A stretch of 64,000 nucleotides of DNA, taken from positions 1,312,001 to 1,376,000 of the forward strand of contig OZ242184.1 of the NCBI GenBank assembly GCA_965205855.1. The letters run 5' to 3'. Below the pieces are notes generated by a model. That model was not told where the DNA came from and did no database searches. It worked only from the letters and a program-made list of their open reading frames with translations. Origin of the DNA: Thermodesulfobacteriota bacterium. Lineage in GTDB: Bacteria; Desulfobacterota_D; UBA1144; Nemesobacterales; Mycalebacteriaceae. Position numbers and translations under genes: made by a program. Each line of letters begins with the position of its first letter. Position 1 is the first letter of the stretch. Below, piece after piece: positions 59,070 to 64,000 of this stretch.

Positions 59070-61709
59070 ATGCAACCGCTTTACCTCATAGACGGAAGCT
59101 CCTACATCTTTCGCGCCTACTACGCGGTTGACAGAAACTTCACCACATCGTCGGGGTTTCCGACAAATGCCGTTTTCGGGTTCTCAAACATGTTGCGCAA
59201 ATTTATGAAAGATGTTAAGCCGCGCTATCTGGGCGTTGTTTTTGACTCAAAGAGCGACACTTTCAGAAAAAAGATATATCCCGAATACAAAGCGAACCGC
59301 GGAGTCGCCCCTGAAGACTTGAGCATACAGATTGTGAAAATAATGGAACTTACCAAGGCGATGGGCATAAGGGTTGTTCAAAAAGAGAGGTTTGAAGCGG
59401 ACGATCTCATGGCGACACTCGCAAAGGCGGCGGAAAGTCAGGGAAAAGAAGTCGTGCTGGTTACAAAAGACAAGGATTTCTGTCAGCTGGTTTCGGAAAA
59501 AACCACCATTTTCAACACAACGGGGGGGAAAACCGGAGTGGCGGAGGTTGAAAAAAAATACGGAGTTCCACCCGGAAAATTCATCGATTTTCTCGCACTC
59601 ACGGGCGACTCATCGGACAACATTCCCGGCGTTGAGGGAATAGGACCGGTAGGTGCGGCAAATCTCATCGCCGAATACGGAAGTCTGGAAAACCTCTATA
59701 AAAACACCGGAAAACTGAAAGGAAAACAGAGGGAAAGAATTGAGCGCGACAGGGAAAAGGCGTTTATGAGCAAAGACCTCGTAACCTTGAAAACCGATGT
59801 TGACACCGAAACTGACTGCGAAAAGTTCGCGTATGACGGGGTAAACACCGAGGAACTGAGCCGTCTTTACAAAGAACTTGAGTTTGACAACGAAACAAAC
59901 CTTGAACGTGGAAACTCGGGCAGCTACGAGCTTATAACGGATGAGAAGGAGCTCGACGCCCTGACAGCCGAGATAACCGGTTGTGGCTCCTTATCAATAG
60001 ACCTTGAAACGACCTCCAAACGCCCGACCCGAGCGGAGATTGTCGGCATAGCACTCACGACCCCACGTGGCAGGCACTGCTACATACCGGTCGGACACAC
60101 AAGCGGGGCTCAGATAGATCGCGAAACCGCACTTGAAAAAATCAGACAGGTCGCGGAAAACGAAAAAATCGCAAAGATAGGGCAAAACCTGAAATACGAG
60201 CACATAGTGTTTTCAAAACACGGGATTGAGCTCAGAGGAATCGGTTTTGACACAATGACCGCAGCACATTTTCTGGACTCGTCACATTTGAGTTACGGGC
60301 TTGACGAACTCGCGCGCAAGCGTCTCGGGCGCATGATGACCTCATACAAAGAGGTTACCTCAGAGGGGAAAAAACAGATCCCGTTTGCGGAAGTGCCGCT
60401 TGAAAAAGCGAAAGACTACGCATGCGAAGACTCCGATGTGTCAATGGAGCTTTACAAACAGCTGTCTGCGGAAATTGAAAAATCAAATATGACGAAAAAC
60501 TACCGCAAAGGCGTTCTCGCGCTGACGGAAGTCCTTTCGGCCATGGAGAGGAAAGGGGTGCTTGCGGACACGGTAATCCTCGCGGAAATATCACGTGATT
60601 TCGCCGGACACATAGACCGCATATCGTCTGAAATCTACGCGGTCGCGGGATTTGAACTGAACCTCAACTCCACCGCCCAGCTGAAAGACCTGCTGTTCGG
60701 AAAACTCGGACTCAAACCCTCAAAACGCACCGCAAAAGGAGAACCCTCAACCGATTCGGAGGTTCTCAGAGACCTTTCAACGCTCCATCCGATTCCGGGC
60801 ATGATTCTTGAATACAGGGAAATCTCCAAACTGAAATCCACATACGTTGACGCGCTGCCGAGGCTTGTGAACCCGTCAACTGGAAGGATTCACACATCAT
60901 ATAGCCCGACCGGAACCTCAACCGGAAGGCTCAGCTCAAGCGACCCCAATCTTCAGAACATTCCCGTGAAAAGCGCGGAGGGAAGAAAAATCCGGCGCGC
61001 GTTTGTTCCATCACCCGGCTTTATGTTCGTTTCGGCGGACTACTCTCAAATAGAGCTGCGTCTGCTCGCCCATTTTTCCGGGGACGAAAAACTCACTGCG
61101 GCTTTCGAAAACGGCGAAGACATCCATTCCTCAACGGCGGCGGAAATTTTTGGCATACCCGCGGAGTCGGTAACGCCGGACATGAGGCGACTTGCCAAAA
61201 ATATCAACTTTGGAATCATCTACGGCATAAGCCCCTTCGGTTTGTCAAAACAGCTCGGAACCTCGGTAAAACTCGCGGGCGAATACATGGACAGATACTT
61301 CGTACGCTATCGGTGCGTAAAGGATTACATGCGCGAATACGCGGAAAAGGCAAAGGCGCGCGGCTTTGCCGAAACCCTTCTCGGACGCAGACGTTTTATC
61401 GCAGACCTTACGTCAAAAAACAAAATCAGAATCAGAAACGGAGAAAGGGCGGCAATCAACACGCCCATACAGGGCTCCGCGGCAGACATAATAAATATAG
61501 CGATGATAAATATTCATAAGAAAATAGCGCGTAAAAAATCATCAATGATTCTTCAGGTTCATGACGAACTTATCTTTGAAGTCTCAAGGGACGAGGAGGA
61601 AGAGATTTCCTCAATAGTCCGGCACGAAATGGAAAACACGCCTTTTGACCTGAAAGTGCGAATGAAAGTGGACATAAAAAAGGGACAAAACTGGAACGAA
61701 CTCGGCTGA
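59070..61709 (+). CDS. polA: DNA polymerase I
   Basis: LIDGSS, EADD, DLET, TGRLSSSDPNLQNIP, DYSQIELR, QVHDEL. Confidence 0.98.
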   Translation: MQPLYLIDGSSYIFRAYYAVDRNFTTSSGFPTNAVFGFSNMLRKFMKDVKPRYLGVVFDSKSDTFRKKIYPEYKANRGVAPEDLSIQIVKIMELTKAMGIRVVQKERFEADDLMATLAKAAESQGKEVVLVTKDKDFCQLVSEKTTIFNTTGGKTGVAEVEKKYGVPPGKFIDFLALTGDSSDNIPGVEGIGPVGAANLIAEYGSLENLYKNTGKLKGKQRERIERDREKAFMSKDLVTLKTDVDTETDCEKFAYDGVNTEELSRLYKELEFDNETNLERGNSGSYELITDEKELDALTAEITGCGSLSIDLETTSKRPTRAEIVGIALTTPRGRHCYIPVGHTSGAQIDRETALEKIRQVAENEKIAKIGQNLKYEHIVFSKHGIELRGIGFDTMTAAHFLDSSHLSYGLDELARKRLGRMMTSYKEVTSEGKKQIPFAEVPLEKAKDYACEDSDVSMELYKQLSAEIEKSNMTKNYRKGVLALTEVLSAMERKGVLADTVILAEISRDFAGHIDRISSEIYAVAGFELNLNSTAQLKDLLFGKLGLKPSKRTAKGEPSTDSEVLRDLSTLHPIPGMILEYREISKLKSTYVDALPRLVNPSTGRIHTSYSPTGTSTGRLSSSDPNLQNIPVKSAEGRKIRRAFVPSPGFMFVSADYSQIELRLLAHFSGDEKLTAAFENGEDIHSSTAAEIFGIPAESVTPDMRRLAKNINFGIIYGISPFGLSKQLGTSVKLAGEYMDRYFVRYRCVKDYMREYAEKAKARGFAETLLGRRRFIADLTSKNKIRIRNGERAAINTPIQGSAADIINIAMINIHKKIARKKSSMILQVHDELIFEVSRDEEEEISSIVRHEMENTPFDLKVRMKVDIKKGQNWNELG

Positions 61710-61746
61710 GCCGCTTTACCGGAAATTCGGGCTATGACGCCCGCTT

Positions 61747-63219
61747 TCATCTCCGCAATATGTAGTTGACCATGGTTCTGACGCCAAAACCCGTTGCGCC
61801 TTTCGGGTAAAAGTCGCTTCCTCTTTCAAGATACGCGGGGCCCGCGATGTCTATATGCGCCCACGGAACACCTGAAACAAAATGCTCAAGGAAGAGAGCG
61901 GCGGTTATCGCCCCGCCCCAGCGGCCGCCTGAGTTTTTGATGTCCGCAAAGTTGCTTTCTATGTCTTTTCGCAAATCCGGGTTGAGAGGAAGCTCCCACA
62001 TCGGCTCTCCGGCAAGCGAGGAAGCCCTCATTATGTTGCGCGTGATTTTTGCGCTGTTGCTCATAACCCCCGCCGTGTGAGTTCCGAGAGCCACAACGCA
62101 CGCGCCGGTCAGGGTGGCGAGATCTATTATCTCCTTCGCTCCGGTTTCAACCGCGTAGCTCAGGGCATCGGCAAGAACGACACGCCCCTCGGCGTCGGTG
62201 TTAACAACCTCTATCGTTTTCCCGTTCATCGCCTTCACAATATCGTCCGGCTTGTAGGCCGAGGGACCGGTCATATTCTCCGCCGCCGCCACAATCCCGT
62301 GAACGGTTACGCCGGGCTTTTCCTCCGCAACGGCACGCATGGTCGCTATCACCACCGCCGCACCGGACATATCCATCTTCATGGTTCTCATCGCATCGGC
62401 GGGCTTGAGACTAAGTCCCCCCGAATCAAAAGTTATTCCCTTGCCGACAATCGCGATTGCCCGCGAACTGCGCTTCGCCCCGGAGGGAGAGTAGGTTATG
62501 TGTATGAGACGCGGCGGGTTTGAACTTCCGGCGCTGACCGCGAGCATGCCTCCCATTCCCCTTTTTTCCATATCACCGGGGAGAATGACCGAGCAGTCAA
62601 GCCCATTTTCCGCACAGACGCTTTCCGCGCATTGAGCCAGCGCAGAAGGCGTGAGAAAAGCCGGAGGCTCGTTAACCAGATCCCTGCAGAGAGAAACCGA
62701 TCGCGCGATATTTTCAGATTGCCGCGCCGCGGTTTTGAAAGAAACTGAGGAAAGGCGCGGGGAAAAAACCGCAATCTCAGAAATCCCGCCACACGGAGCC
62801 GAACCGCTTTTGTATTTGGAAAAAGAATACGAACCGAGAAGCGCGCCCTCCATAAGCGAGCGCACGGCTTCAGTGCTGTTTGAAACGGGAAAGTCCAGAA
62901 CAAGTTTTTTGACATGGAAACCGGCGTTTTTCGCCGCAAGCGAAGCCGCTTTGAAAAAATCCGCCGGCGCGGAAAAAGATTTGGCGTCACCGAGACCAAC
63001 AACCATAACCTCCGCCGCGGGAATCTGCCCGAGCGTGTCAATCCTGACAAAGGAACCGGGAGCAAGACCCCCCGTACGCGAAACGGCGCGCGAAACGGCT
63101 CCACCGAGTTTTTTGTCAATCGCAGAAATGCGCCGCGTGTCCGTGCCGTGGATTCCGACTGCAAGCATATCCGCTTTTACGCGGTAAGGGTCTTTTTTGA
63201 TGAGCGTGAAATCAGCCAT
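61747..63219 (-). CDS. pepA: Leucyl aminopeptidase (M17)
   Basis: VGKGITFDSGG, MKMDM, NTDAEGR, ATLTGA. Confidence 0.96.
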   Translation of the reverse strand: MADFTLIKKDPYRVKADMLAVGIHGTDTRRISAIDKKLGGAVSRAVSRTGGLAPGSFVRIDTLGQIPAAEVMVVGLGDAKSFSAPADFFKAASLAAKNAGFHVKKLVLDFPVSNSTEAVRSLMEGALLGSYSFSKYKSGSAPCGGISEIAVFSPRLSSVSFKTAARQSENIARSVSLCRDLVNEPPAFLTPSALAQCAESVCAENGLDCSVILPGDMEKRGMGGMLAVSAGSSNPPRLIHITYSPSGAKRSSRAIAIVGKGITFDSGGLSLKPADAMRTMKMDMSGAAVVIATMRAVAEEKPGVTVHGIVAAAENMTGPSAYKPDDIVKAMNGKTIEVVNTDAEGRVVLADALSYAVETGAKEIIDLATLTGACVVALGTHTAGVMSNSAKITRNIMRASSLAGEPMWELPLNPDLRKDIESNFADIKNSGGRWGGAITAALFLEHFVSGVPWAHIDIAGPAYLERGSDFYPKGATGFGVRTMVNYILRR

Positions 63220-63232
63220 GTGCGAACTCCGT

Positions 63233-64000
63233 TTACGGGTTTTTCTCTCCAAGCAATTCAAGTAGTCTATCCGAAATAAGGGAGAATTCTTCAATCCTCA
63301 ATGTCTCGGCTCTTCTCGTGCCGTCAACCGACGCACTCTCAAGCGCGATATCAACTGCCCGCATTGGAAACACGGAGCGGAGCGAGTTTCTTAAGGTCTT
63401 TCTGCGGGTTGAGAAAGCGGCGCGAACGGTTTTGCGGTAGAAATCCTCGCTTTTGAGCGGAAACCTTGTCGTTTCAAGCGAAACAAGACGAACCACCGAA
63501 GATGTGACGGCGGGGCGCGGAAAAAAAAGCGCGGGCGAGACATCAAAAAGCTTTTCGCAATCAAACTCCATCTGAATCGTTAACGAAAGAGAGCCGGACT
63601 CCCGAGTGCCGGGAGTGGCGACAATTCTCAAGGCGACTTCCCGCTGCACCATTATAACTATGAGCGAAAAAAGCCGCCGGTGTTCGGAAAGTATTCGTAA
63701 GACCGGCGAAGAAATTCCATAGGGAAGATTGGAAACCATCTTCAGCGGACGTCCCGAATAAAATCTTTTCAGATCCGTTTTTATCGCATCCCCCTCGATG
63801 AGGGTGAATTTCTTATCGGACATAATATCTTGCGGAAACATCTCAACGAGTCTTTTGTCTTTTTCAACCGCCCACACCCTCGCGCTTTTTTTGAGAAGAA
63901 AACGTGTCAGGGCTCCCGTTCCGGGGCCTATTTCAACAACCTCGTCGCAACCGTCAAGACGTGCCGAAGCGCATATCTTCTCAATGGTTCTCTCATCGCG
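63233..64000 (-). CDS. rsmA: 16S rRNA m6,6A dimethyltransferase (5' end outside window)
   Basis: VEIGPGTG upstream of the called ORF, NLPY, MVQREVA-R, RRKTLRN, RRAE. Confidence 0.95.
   Translation of the reverse strand, partial: RDERTIEKICASARLDGCDEVVEIGPGTGALTRFLLKKSARVWAVEKDKRLVEMFPQDIMSDKKFTLIEGDAIKTDLKRFYSGRPLKMVSNLPYGISSPVLRILSEHRRLFSLIVIMVQREVALRIVATPGTRESGSLSLTIQMEFDCEKLFDVSPALFFPRPAVTSSVVRLVSLETTRFPLKSEDFYRKTVRAAFSTRRKTLRNSLRSVFPMRAVDIALESASVDGTRRAETLRIEEFSLISDRLLELLGEKNP

Noticed and set aside
1-64000. CRISPR array, rRNA, tRNA, integrase or transposase
   Set aside because: No regularly spaced repeats, RNA-gene signatures or recombinase motifs recognised by eye; nearly all sequence is assigned to proteins

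Overview
Bacterial chromosomal window, mostly housekeeping: murJ, aroQ, recJ-trkAH-ribF-aroE-purU, oadGAB, rpmH-rnpA-yidD-yidC-jag-cobB, thiolase/DUF35/MaoC, secA, smc, cofD, rrf2-sufBCD-Rieske, rho, yebC-ruvCAB, argS, ffh-rpsP-khpA-rimM-trmD-rplS, polA, pepA and rsmA. The gene content is Desulfobacterota-like (possibly Ca. Dadabacteria; inference only). Three visibly AT-richer, defence-like inserts interrupt the core. (1) A nuclease-methyltransferase fusion plus S subunit with no motor subunit (1.4-5.0 kb). (2) A decayed island of two different GHKL/MORC-like ATPases, a C5-methyltransferase remnant, a HEPN-motif (RNLAAH) domain split off by a 1-nt frameshift, and vsr (14.7-18.9 kb); this is the best candidate for an uncharacterised system. 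(3) A solo DUF2075 nuclease-helicase (33.4-35.4 kb). Other notable items: a SecA insert resembling the Thermotoga/Aquificae signature insert, a TrmD-Tm1570 double-SPOUT fusion, a Cys-less thiolase with a Zn-ligand-less DUF35 partner, two small pseudogenes (DUF1761-like, PutP-like), and repeated -10 boxes 6-9 nt before start codons suggesting leaderless mRNAs. I saw no rRNA, tRNA, CRISPR array, integrase or transposase. All family calls come from motif recognition by eye, not database searches.
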